From: a bacterium
GTDB taxonomy: Bacteria; RBG-13-61-14; DATKZS01
Assembly: GCA_963674965.2 (NCBI GenBank)
Contig: CAXXFL010000007.1
Location: 544,001-608,000, forward strand
Direction of reading: 5' to 3'
DNA length: 64,000 bases
The notes beneath the pieces are model-generated. The model was given only the letters and a program-made list of their open reading frames with translations, did no database searches and was not told where the DNA came from. Of the stretch, positions 38,342 to 47,086 are shown piece after piece (positions within the stretch are counted from its first letter, which is position 1; each line of letters starts with the position of its first letter). The translations under genes were made by a program, and so were the position numbers.

Positions 38342-39601
38342 TCACGCGGCGAAGCAGTAGAACCTGCCGCCCGAGTTACCCACCCAGATGACCCCGTCCA
38401 CCACGCAGGGCGTCGAGAGCACTCGCTCGGTGGTCTTGTATTCCCAGATTTTCCCGCCGTCCGCCGCGTCCAGCATGTAAAGGTTGGCGTCGTAGCTGCC
38501 GAATAAAACCTTGCCGTCCACCACCGCGGGGGAGCTCCAGATCGAGGCCTGGGCCTTGAAGTCCCATACGGGCTTGCCGGTGGCGGCCTCGAGACAATAA
38601 AGCCTCGAGTCCTGTCCCCCGATATAAATCCTGTCGCCCACCGCGGCCGGCGTGGACCAGAAGCCCATCTTGTTGTTAAACTCCCAGATTTGTTTCCCGT
38701 CCTCCGCGTCAAAGCAGTAAAGGCGCGGGCTTTCCTCCTCCGCCGCAGCGTAGACGCGTCCGCCCGACACCACCGGACTGGCGTCGGTGTCCCCGTTGGT
38801 CCGGGCCTTCCAGATCACCTTGCCCGTAAGGGCGTCGAGGCAAAAGAGGTCTCCCGAGAAATTGGCCGCGTAGAGCCTGCCGTCGGCCAGGGCCGGGCTG
38901 GACTCGACCCCGTTCGAGCCGGGCGGACCCTCGAGACCACCTAAAAAAGTCTTCCAGATCAGCTTGCCCGTCTCCGGGTCCAGGCATCTTACGTGTCCGT
39001 TCTCGCCGCCCACGTAGAGCTTGCCGCCGCACACGCAGGGAGAGCTGTCCAGGTCGTTGGGCGTCGAGTGACGCCATACGCTTTTTCCGTCCAGGGCGTT
39101 TATGCAATGGAGGTTGTTGTCCACGTTGCCCACGTAGAGCCTTCCCTTGTAAAAGCAAAGGGAACTCTTGAACATGCGGCCGCCCGGATACTTCCACTCG
39201 ACCTTGCCCGTCTCGGCGTCCATGGCGTAGACGTTGTAGTTCTGAGATCCCACGTATACGCGGGGGCCCCACTTGACCGGCTGTCCGGTCCAGCCCGTGC
39301 CGGCCCAGACCTTGGCCGGCCTGGCTTCCCCGTAGTCCACCAGTTTGCCCGGCATGTCCACGGTCCATTTCACGCGGGGCTTCTCCGGGACCGGCCCGGT
39401 CCCGTAAAAGGTCTTGGATGGGTTGCCCCGGAACATGAGCATGGTCCGGTCGCTGGCCGAGTCCTCGCCCAGATCCCAGGTCGGGACCCTCGAGGCGTCC
39501 GGCCCGCCGGACTCGGCCGGGCCGGCCAGGGGCCAGGCCGCCGCCGCCGCGGCCATGCCTCCGATTTTCATCAAATCTCTTCTGTCCATTTTATGGGCCA
39601 T
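38342..39601 (-). CDS. Tat-exported PQQ-like beta-propeller protein
   Basis: DRRDLMK twin-arginine signal; repeated SSP...CLDxxTGxxxW blades. Confidence 0.88.
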   Translation of the reverse strand: MAHKMDRRDLMKIGGMAAAAAAWPLAGPAESGGPDASRVPTWDLGEDSASDRTMLMFRGNPSKTFYGTGPVPEKPRVKWTVDMPGKLVDYGEARPAKVWAGTGWTGQPVKWGPRVYVGSQNYNVYAMDAETGKVEWKYPGGRMFKSSLCFYKGRLYVGNVDNNLHCINALDGKSVWRHSTPNDLDSSPCVCGGKLYVGGENGHVRCLDPETGKLIWKTFLGGLEGPPGSNGVESSPALADGRLYAANFSGDLFCLDALTGKVIWKARTNGDTDASPVVSGGRVYAAAEEESPRLYCFDAEDGKQIWEFNNKMGFWSTPAAVGDRIYIGGQDSRLYCLEAATGKPVWDFKAQASIWSSPAVVDGKVLFGSYDANLYMLDAADGGKIWEYKTTERVLSTPCVVDGVIWVGNSGGRFYCFAA

Positions 39602-39907
39602 GAAATCCTCCCCCTCGATCAAGATAAAACCGAAATGATTATAGAACGGAGTTCTTGCCTTGAAAAGTGGGCCTCAAAGATAATTTCCGCCACAACGACG
39701 AGAAGAACGCAAATAATATTACAATTTAGCTTCTTGTTCATCGCGCCTTGGCGTCTCATTTATCAGGCCGCCACATTTTCGCCACAAATTTCCGTTATTT
39801 TGCCTTTTTATGGCGACATTGCCACAACTTATCCGGCCTATAATGTTCGCGTTCAAAGATATCGGCCTCATTGAAGAGGCGCGATATATCGCTTATACTG
39901 GAGGACA

Positions 39908-42739
39908 ATGGCAATTAAGGTAAAAAAGCCGGAGAAGGGAAAAAAGAAGCCGAGAAGGCTTTTTATGAAGCTCTTCAAGTGGATGGTCTACCTCGGCTTC
40001 GCGGGCGTGATCATCGGGTTTACCGGACTTTACGGGGCATACCTCTACCTCGCCCGGGACCTTCCTCCCATCAATTCCCTGCATAGCTACCGCCCCGCTA
40101 TTCCCTCCCAGGTCTACGCTGACGACGGGACCCTGATAGCGGAATTCGCCACCGAGCGCCGGCGTATGGTACCCATCGAGGACATACCCGAGGAGGTGAA
40201 AAAGGTGTTCATCGCGGCGGAGGACCACAGGTTCCTCGAGCACGAGGGGGTGGACTTCTGGGGCCTGGGCGCCATTTTCGTTCATTACCTTCGCACGGGA
40301 GAGGTCAGGGGCGCCTCGACCCTTACCATGCAGCTCTCGAGGACCTTTTTCCTCTCCCGGGAGAGGACCTTCGAGAGGAAATTCAAGGAGTGGATTCTGG
40401 CCCTTCGCGTCGAGCGCGACTTTACCAAGGACGAGATACTCTACCTTTACCTCAGCCAGGTTGACTTCGGCCGCAACCTTTACGGCATCGGCGCGGCCTC
40501 GGAGTATTATTTCGGCAAGACCCCCAAGGAACTCAACCAGGCTGAAGCCGCCATGCTGGCGGGCATACTTCCCGCGCCCAGCGCCTTCAACCCGGTGTCC
40601 AATTTCGAACAGGCGAAGAAAAGGCAGCATATCGTCCTTTACCTCCGCATGAAGAACGAGATGGGCCTGATCGACCAGGCCCAGGCCGACGCCTTGTACG
40701 CCCTCCCCATCAAGGTGACGGGCAAGTGGGGCCCCGATGAGGACCGCTCCCGCCACTTCGTGCTCCAAGCTAAAAGGACCCTTCTCGACAGGTACGGCGA
40801 GGACATGGTCTATATGGGCGGCCTTCAGGTATTCGCCACCGTTAACTTAAGGGCCGACGAGATCGCGGCCAAGGCGGTCGAGGACGGGATCATCGGCAAG
40901 AACGGGGTGGACAAGCAAAGGGGATTCGAACTGCCCGCGGCAAGGCTCTCGGGCGACACCCTCCAGTCATATCTGGACAAGCAGGAAGCGGGACTTATCA
41001 ACGACTGGATAGAAAACAGGTGGAGTGAAACCCTGGCCGAGGGCAAGGCGGACGCGATCAAGAAAAAAGATATCAAGGCCCAGGCCCCCTCCCCCTCCGA
41101 GTTGGAGGAAGGAAAGATTTATTGGGGCGTGGTCAGCTCGGTTTCCGACGAGAGCCGGACGGTCCGGGTGCTGATCGGGCACAACATCGGACGGATCGAT
41201 AAGAAGGACATGTCCTGGGTCAAGCAGTACTACGCCGGCGAGGACCCCAACAAGCGTAAAAGCTACTCGCGTCCGTCACAGATACTGGCGGCCGGCGACA
41301 AGATCAAGGTCAAGATGACGGGCATACTGGAGGAGCCGGACAACGGCGCCCGCTACGCTCTCGCCCTCGAGCAGGACACGAAAATCCAGGCGGGTCTTTT
41401 CAGCATGGAAACCAGGACGGGGCGGGTCAAGGCCCTTTACGGCGGCATCGAGACGTCATATATAAGGCCCATCCAGGCCAAGCGGCAACCAGGTTCGTCT
41501 TTCAAGCCTTTCGTGTATTCAGCCGCCATCGACGACCCCATGAATCGCTTTACGCCGGCCACCTTGATTATCGACGCCCCGATCATTTTTAAAAAGGACG
41601 ACCAAAAATGTGGAATCACAATATATAAAGATTACCAGCCCAAAAACTACAGCGGCAGTTTCCAAGGGCCGCTTACTCTGCGCGACGCTCTCAAGAAGTC
41701 GGTCAACACCATCGCGGTCCGGGTTGGATGCAAGCTGGGCTGTCAGAACGTGGCGGACTACGCCCACATGATGGGGATAAAGACCAAACTCGATCTGTTG
41801 CCTTGCCTTCCCCTGGGCTGCTCCGAGGTGAGCCTCCAGGAAATGTGCGCCGGTTATAACGTATTCCCCAATAACGGCTATTACGTCGAGCCCGTCTTCA
41901 TCTCACGTATTTACGACCGGGACGGGAACCTCCTCGAGTACGAGCCCACCCTGACCGGTGAGGACTTGAAGAGGGCCAAGGAAAGAAGGGCCGCCATCGC
42001 CATCCCCGGTTACGAGGAGGGGGACACCATCGAGCCGCCGGGCCCGGACGTGATCGAGGAGGACACGGTCTTTTCCGAGAAACCCTCGAGCTTTACCCGC
42101 GACTACGTCCATCATTACCTCAGCCGTCCCACTCCCCCCAGCCAGCTTCAGGAGCCATCTCTCGAGCAATACATGGCCATGATCGCGGGGGACACGTCCG
42201 GCAGGATTACCTCGTCCGACGCCCCCGAGTTCGGAAGGCAAATCATCAGCGCCCAGACCGCCTACGTCATGAACAGCATGCTGAGGTCGGTGGTCCGCTC
42301 GGGCACGGCCACCAGGGCCAACAAGCTGAAAAGGTCCGTGGCGGGCAAGACGGGCACGACCAACAACTACCGTGACGCCTGGTTTATCGGCTATTCTCCC
42401 GAGATACTGGCCGGCGTCTGGGTCGGGGCCGACGACTATAGATATTCGCTTGGACACGGCATGAGCGGCGGAAAAGCGGCGCTGCCCATTTGGGTCGATT
42501 ACATGGAAGAGGCGCTCAAAGACCAGCCCAAAAAGGAGTTCTTCGTTCCCCGGGGACTGTCCTGGGTCAAGATCGACAAGAACACCGGCCTCCGCGCCCA
42601 GGAATGCACCCCCAAGGAGAACATCAGGACCGAGGTCTTCATCAAGGGAACGGCCCCCGACGAGGTATCTCCCTGCCCCGTCATAGAGGGAGCAAACGCC
42701 GGCCACGACCGCGACCCCCTAAGCGAGCTGTATAGATAA
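39908..42739 (+). CDS. mrcA: Penicillin-binding protein 1A (TG, OB-like insert and TP domains)
   Basis: EDHRFLEHEG, GASTLTMQL, RKFKE; transpeptidase motifs SSFK, SVN and KTGT. Confidence 0.95.
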   Translation: MAIKVKKPEKGKKKPRRLFMKLFKWMVYLGFAGVIIGFTGLYGAYLYLARDLPPINSLHSYRPAIPSQVYADDGTLIAEFATERRRMVPIEDIPEEVKKVFIAAEDHRFLEHEGVDFWGLGAIFVHYLRTGEVRGASTLTMQLSRTFFLSRERTFERKFKEWILALRVERDFTKDEILYLYLSQVDFGRNLYGIGAASEYYFGKTPKELNQAEAAMLAGILPAPSAFNPVSNFEQAKKRQHIVLYLRMKNEMGLIDQAQADALYALPIKVTGKWGPDEDRSRHFVLQAKRTLLDRYGEDMVYMGGLQVFATVNLRADEIAAKAVEDGIIGKNGVDKQRGFELPAARLSGDTLQSYLDKQEAGLINDWIENRWSETLAEGKADAIKKKDIKAQAPSPSELEEGKIYWGVVSSVSDESRTVRVLIGHNIGRIDKKDMSWVKQYYAGEDPNKRKSYSRPSQILAAGDKIKVKMTGILEEPDNGARYALALEQDTKIQAGLFSMETRTGRVKALYGGIETSYIRPIQAKRQPGSSFKPFVYSAAIDDPMNRFTPATLIIDAPIIFKKDDQKCGITIYKDYQPKNYSGSFQGPLTLRDALKKSVNTIAVRVGCKLGCQNVADYAHMMGIKTKLDLLPCLPLGCSEVSLQEMCAGYNVFPNNGYYVEPVFISRIYDRDGNLLEYEPTLTGEDLKRAKERRAAIAIPGYEEGDTIEPPGPDVIEEDTVFSEKPSSFTRDYVHHYLSRPTPPSQLQEPSLEQYMAMIAGDTSGRITSSDAPEFGRQIISAQTAYVMNSMLRSVVRSGTATRANKLKRSVAGKTGTTNNYRDAWFIGYSPEILAGVWVGADDYRYSLGHGMSGGKAALPIWVDYMEEALKDQPKKEFFVPRGLSWVKIDKNTGLRAQECTPKENIRTEVFIKGTAPDEVSPCPVIEGANAGHDRDPLSELYR

Positions 42740-42810
42740 TCGATTTTTACAAAATAGAGTCGCCAACCACCTATATCAAGATGATAACTGATTGGAAAAA
42801 GAAATAGACC

Positions 42811-42996
42811 GAGCCTCTTGCAAAAGTCCCGCTTTGGAGTGCGGCGGCTCGACGCCGCTTTTATTCCGAGCGGCTTGACGCGAGGCAAGCCGGTGTATTA
42901 ATAGGCCTTGTCAAGCCAAGGCCCTCGAAAGCGGTCTCAAGCGACCGCACTCCAAAGCGGCTATGCCGCAAAGAAAAGGACTTTTGCAAGAAGCTC
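42811..42996. mobile_element. 186-bp MITE-like element enclosing an inverted REP pair
   Basis: 19-bp terminal IRs GAGCCTCTTGCAAAAGTCC / GGACTTTTGCAAGAAGCTC (18/19 match); internal 33-bp inverted pair at 42829-42861 and 42928-42960. Confidence 0.8.
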
Positions 42997-43083
42997 AATA
43001 CTTGAAAATATAACAACGGACAGCAAAGTGCAAGATGACCTGTCCCGCGAAGCGGGACGCCCGCGGTTTTTGAAAGACCGCAG

Positions 43084-43155
43084 ATGTTGCTTGAAGATGG
43101 GGCGCCCTCCATGGAAGCCGAGTTTATTGGGACCCAGACGGTAATGGTCTCCTGA
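43084..43155 (+). pseudogene. hicB: C-terminal remnant of a HicB antitoxin
   Basis: MLLEDGAPSMEAEFIGTQTVMVS* resembles the end of short HicB proteins and stops 2 nt before hicA; the upstream in-frame sequence is unrelated. Confidence 0.65.
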
Positions 43156-43157
43156 GC

Positions 43158-43379
43158 ATGGTAGATTACCCGGGTTTAAAGCCCCGGAAAGTCGTGGCGA
43201 TCCTGGAGAATTTGGGTTTCCAACAAGTACGCCAAATAGGCCCTCATAAGCAATTTCGACGCCCGGACGGCAGATGCGTCACCGCGCCATTTCACGCCGA
43301 CGAGGACATTTCTCCAATCCAAAAAAGAATCTCCAAGGAAATTGGACTTTCCATAGATAAACTTATTCAAAACGAGTGA
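43158..43379 (+). CDS. hicA: HicA-family toxin, possibly decayed
   Basis: LENLGFQQVRQIGPHKQF...DGR...PFH...ISP...IGLS pattern. Confidence 0.8.
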   Translation: MVDYPGLKPRKVVAILENLGFQQVRQIGPHKQFRRPDGRCVTAPFHADEDISPIQKRISKEIGLSIDKLIQNE

Positions 43380-43459
43380 CGTATGACCCTTCATGTAAGC
43401 CCGTCCGCTCCGCTCACCCACCCACCTGTCCCGAAAGAGATGGGCAGGTCCCAAGAGAA

Positions 43460-43789
43460 TCAGTCCAGCGCGTAGTCCTCGCGGATGGGGCTCCAGCAGT
43501 CGTAAGCCACGGCCGGGCCCTGGGTGACCTTGACCCCGTGCTCGGCACCGGAGGGGATGAGGACCACCTCGCCGGGACCGACCTCGCGGTCCTCCCCTTC
43601 CACGGTGAAGATCATGCGGCCCGAGACGATCACGCTGATCTGCTCGTGGGGATGGGAATGAAGGGGCACCACCGACTCGTGGGCCAGGTCCACGAAGGTG
43701 ACCATCACGTTCTTCAAATAGGCCGACCGCATGACCACGCCGGGCGCCAGTTCCTTGGACCGCTTGTCCTTGATTATCGAGTGCAGCAT
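43460..43789 (-). CDS. Cupin domain protein
   Basis: HSHPHEQ, IPSGAEH and SPIREDY motifs. Confidence 0.92.
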   Translation of the reverse strand: MLHSIIKDKRSKELAPGVVMRSAYLKNVMVTFVDLAHESVVPLHSHPHEQISVIVSGRMIFTVEGEDREVGPGEVVLIPSGAEHGVKVTQGPAVAYDCWSPIREDYALD

Positions 43790-43821
43790 TTATTCCTCCC
43801 TTTTCGCCGGGGAGTAAGTCG

Positions 43822-44625
43822 TCAGCCCGACTCCTTCCCGCTCTTCTTTCCTTTTATATAGCGCGTTTTGATTCTTTCCCATTCCTTCTCGACTCTCTCC
43901 GCCAGCCGGTCCGCGTGGGGCTCGAGGGCGGCCCGGGCGGCCAGGGACGGGTCTTCACCCGCGTGATAGGGTATCTCGAACACGGGCGGAGCAAGGTGGC
44001 GGCGGATGACCTCGGCGTTGGTGGCGGCTGAAAGGTCCGGTTCTGGATCGACCGAGTTCAGGGCTATGCCTATCACCTCGAGGCCCCTCCTGGCCAGGGC
44101 CTCGACGGTCAGGATGGTATGGTTGATGGCGCCCAGCCGGTTGGCCGCCACCACCATGACCGGCAGTTCCATGCCCAGGAGCAAGTCGATGAACTTGAAG
44201 CGGGAGTTAATGGGGACCATGATCCCGCCCGCCGTCTCGACCACGGGCGCCGCGTTCCTTTCCATCCACCGGTTCATGGCCTGGTAGACGCGGTCCACGG
44301 AAATCTCGATCCCCTCGAGTCGGGCCGCCTCCTCCGGGGCCAGGGGCGCCTTGAGCCGCCAGGGGACCAGGTCGGCCATCTCGATTACCCCGTCGCTCCA
44401 GCCTCCTTCCTCCACGCTAAAGCCCTTCACGCGCAATCGGGCCGCCTCGGCCAGGGCCATGCCGTCAAGGGGAACAAGAGCGTCGCCCTCGCACCCCGTC
44501 TCGACCGGCTTCAAGGCCCCGATTATAAGTCCCCTTTCCGAAAGCAGCCGGATCATGGCCCGGGCCGCGGCCGTCTTGCCCACGCCCGTGTCCGTGCCGG
44601 TTATGGCCAGTCCCCGATAGATCAC
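43822..44625 (-). CDS. bioD: Dethiobiotin synthase
   Basis: TGTDTGVGKT, KPVETG, VETAGG and LGAINHT motifs; GTG start inferred. Confidence 0.92.
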   Translation of the reverse strand: MIYRGLAITGTDTGVGKTAAARAMIRLLSERGLIIGALKPVETGCEGDALVPLDGMALAEAARLRVKGFSVEEGGWSDGVIEMADLVPWRLKAPLAPEEAARLEGIEISVDRVYQAMNRWMERNAAPVVETAGGIMVPINSRFKFIDLLLGMELPVMVVAANRLGAINHTILTVEALARRGLEVIGIALNSVDPEPDLSAATNAEVIRRHLAPPVFEIPYHAGEDPSLAARAALEPHADRLAERVEKEWERIKTRYIKGKKSGKESG

Positions 44626-44744
44626 GGTGAGACAGTTTAACTTGAAAAGGGCCAGCGAAAAAGTTATAGCGTCCGCTCCGTCCATCGCCTATACTCGATC
44701 TGGACCCGATTTCCGACGCGCCGTTTCGAGAAGAGGAGGGACTC

Positions 44745-45143
44745 ATGAGACTGGCGGTGGTGGACGCCGACCTTTGCGTCGGCTGTCAAAGCTGCATGTT
44801 CGCCTGTTCCAGGAGACAGGGTTTCGCGGGCCTGGGCAAGAGCCGCGTTCTGGTTTCCTCGGCCGGAGGCATGTCCAGGGGCTTCAGGGTGATTGTCTGC
44901 CGCGCCTGCCCCGATCCGCCCTGCGCGGACGCCTGCCCCTCGGGGGCCATGAAGGTGAGGAGCAAGGGAGGGGTCAAGGTGGACCGGGACAAGTGCACGG
45001 CCTGCGGCCAGTGCGCCGAGGCCTGTCCCCTGGGGGCCATCACCTTGGAGGAGGGATCGGGCATGCCCCAGGTCTGCGTCTATTGTGGCTATTGCGCCCG
45101 CTATTGTCCCCACGGCGTCCTGGCCTGGGAAAAGGAGAATTAG
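44745..45143 (+). CDS. 4Fe-4S multicluster ferredoxin subunit
   Basis: Four Cys clusters (CVGCQSC, CRAC, CTACGQC, CVYCGYC); AGGAGG RBS. Confidence 0.93.
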   Translation: MRLAVVDADLCVGCQSCMFACSRRQGFAGLGKSRVLVSSAGGMSRGFRVIVCRACPDPPCADACPSGAMKVRSKGGVKVDRDKCTACGQCAEACPLGAITLEEGSGMPQVCVYCGYCARYCPHGVLAWEKEN

Positions 45144-45146
45144 GCC

Positions 45147-46901
45147 ATGGCGCCGGACAAGTGGATCACGCGCGTCCTTTACGTGGACCTCTCGGGCAAA
45201 TCGTCTCGCGTCGAGGAAAGGCTGGACCTTTTCTCCCGCGGCGTGGGGGGCGCGGGAGTTGCTTCCGAGCTGCTGCTCGAGGAGTGCCCCGAGGGTATCG
45301 ATCCTCTCGACCCTCGAAACCCCGTCATCCTGGCGGTGGGACCTCTCACCGGAATGTTTCCCCTCGCCTCGAAAACGGTGGCCGCCTTCAAGTCGCCGCT
45401 TACCGGCAACCTGGGCGAGAGCCACTGCGGGGGCAGGACCGCCTCGGCCATCCGCTCGGCCGGCTACGGCGCCATCGTTATTAAGGGCGCGGCCGCAAAG
45501 CCGGTCTGGCTTTCCATCCACGGGGACAAGGTATCGTTCAAGGACGCCCGCGCCGCCTGGGGCATGCGCAGCGGGGCCACCTCCGCCCGGGTGATAAGGA
45601 TGAACGAGCCGGGCGCGGGGATGAGGACCATACTAAGGATTGGGCGGGCGGGCGAGAGGCTGGTGTCCTATTCGTGCGTCACGGCCGAGACCTATCGGCA
45701 CTTCGGCCGGTTGGGACTGGGCGCCGTGTTCGGCTCGAAGAAGCTCAAGGCCGTCGTCGTCTCGGGTTCCCTTTCCATGCCAATGGAGAACGGCAAGGAG
45801 TTCCGTGAGGTCTACGACGAGATTTATGAGGCGGCGGTCAAGTCCGAGGCCATGAAGAAGTACCACGACCTGGGCACGGCCGGAAACGTGCTGGCCCTGA
45901 ACGAGCTGAAGGGCTTTCCCACCCGGAACCTGGCCGCCGCGAGCTTCGACATGGCCGCCGGGCTCTCGGGCGAGAGGCTGGCCGAGAACTTCCTGGGCCG
46001 CCGCCTGGCCTGCTCTCATTGCCCGGTTGGATGCGTGCACGTGGCGGCCCTCCGCGAGCCTTACCGGAACGAGCCTTATTTCTACAAGACCTCCATGATC
46101 TCCTACGACTACGAGATGATCTACTCCCTGGGATCGATGCTGGGAATTGGGGAGGGGGCCGAGTTTTTAAGGCTCCTGGATAAGGTCGAGACCCTGGGAC
46201 TGGACGTCATGAGCGCGGGAGTATGCCTGGCCTGGGCCACCGAGGCCCTCGAGCGGGGCATAGTCGGGGAGAGGGAAACCGTCGTGCCCCTTAAATGGGG
46301 CGACCGCGAGGCCTACGCCAAAGCCGCCCAGATGATCGTCGAGCAGCCAAACGACTTCTACGCCCGCCTGGCCAGGGGAGTGGAAAAGTGCGCCGCGGCC
46401 TACGGCGGCTCGGAGTTCGCCCTTGCCTTCGGCGGCAACGAGATGCCCGGCTATCACACGGGCCCGGCCTCCCACTTGAACTATCTTATCGGCGCCAGGC
46501 ACAGCCACCTTGACTCGGGCGGCTACGGCGTGGACCAGAAGGCCATGGGCAAGGAGTATCCGTCCCCCGAGCGCCTGGCCGAGTCGCTCATCGAGGAAGA
46601 AAGATGGAGGCAGGTGCTCTCGAGCCTGGTCATCTGCTTTTTCGCGCGGGGAATATACAAGGAAGACCTGGTCCTGAAAGCCCTGAGAATAGCGGGATAC
46701 GAGTTGTCCTCATCAGACCTGGCACGGATAGGAGAGAGGATTCACAAACTGAAATACAGGTTTAAAAACAGGGAAGGATTCAGCTTAAATAATATCAAGG
46801 CGCCGGAGAGGATTTTCGAGACGCCCAGCCCTCTGGGTACGGTCGATCGCGATTACATGCAAAAGGCCATAGCCCGGGCCAGGGAAATACTCGAGACATG
46901 A
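45147..46901 (+). CDS. aor: Aldehyde:ferredoxin oxidoreductase family (W/Mo)
   Basis: KSPLTG, GRLGLGAVFGSKKLKA, CSHCPVGC and LGLD motifs. Confidence 0.93.
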   Translation: MAPDKWITRVLYVDLSGKSSRVEERLDLFSRGVGGAGVASELLLEECPEGIDPLDPRNPVILAVGPLTGMFPLASKTVAAFKSPLTGNLGESHCGGRTASAIRSAGYGAIVIKGAAAKPVWLSIHGDKVSFKDARAAWGMRSGATSARVIRMNEPGAGMRTILRIGRAGERLVSYSCVTAETYRHFGRLGLGAVFGSKKLKAVVVSGSLSMPMENGKEFREVYDEIYEAAVKSEAMKKYHDLGTAGNVLALNELKGFPTRNLAAASFDMAAGLSGERLAENFLGRRLACSHCPVGCVHVAALREPYRNEPYFYKTSMISYDYEMIYSLGSMLGIGEGAEFLRLLDKVETLGLDVMSAGVCLAWATEALERGIVGERETVVPLKWGDREAYAKAAQMIVEQPNDFYARLARGVEKCAAAYGGSEFALAFGGNEMPGYHTGPASHLNYLIGARHSHLDSGGYGVDQKAMGKEYPSPERLAESLIEEERWRQVLSSLVICFFARGIYKEDLVLKALRIAGYELSSSDLARIGERIHKLKYRFKNREGFSLNNIKAPERIFETPSPLGTVDRDYMQKAIARAREILET

Positions 46902-47032
46902 AGCTCGGCTTTACCGATCTTTTTCCCGCTTCTTGGAAAATTATTTCTCATTGATCGTCAAACCATCTCGCCCCCATATTATCCGCCGAATTATATCTTT
47001 ATTTATCAGGTTCTTGGTCATTAATATACAGC

Positions 47033-47048
47033 GGGCACGCTAATTGCT
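47033..47048 (+). promoter_or_regulatory. sigma54 promoter
   Basis: GGGCACGCTAATTGCT, close to the TGGCACG-N4-TTGC consensus, 39 bp before the ATG; AT-rich upstream. Confidence 0.75.
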
Positions 47049-47086
47049 CAATTACATAAAAACGCTTTACCTCGAGGTGGGAACTC

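Noticed and set aside
43020-43083. c-di-GMP-I riboswitch (GCAAA...GGGACGC)
   Set aside because: Lacks the GAAA tetraloop/receptor layout and P1; better read as short palindromes next to the MITE.
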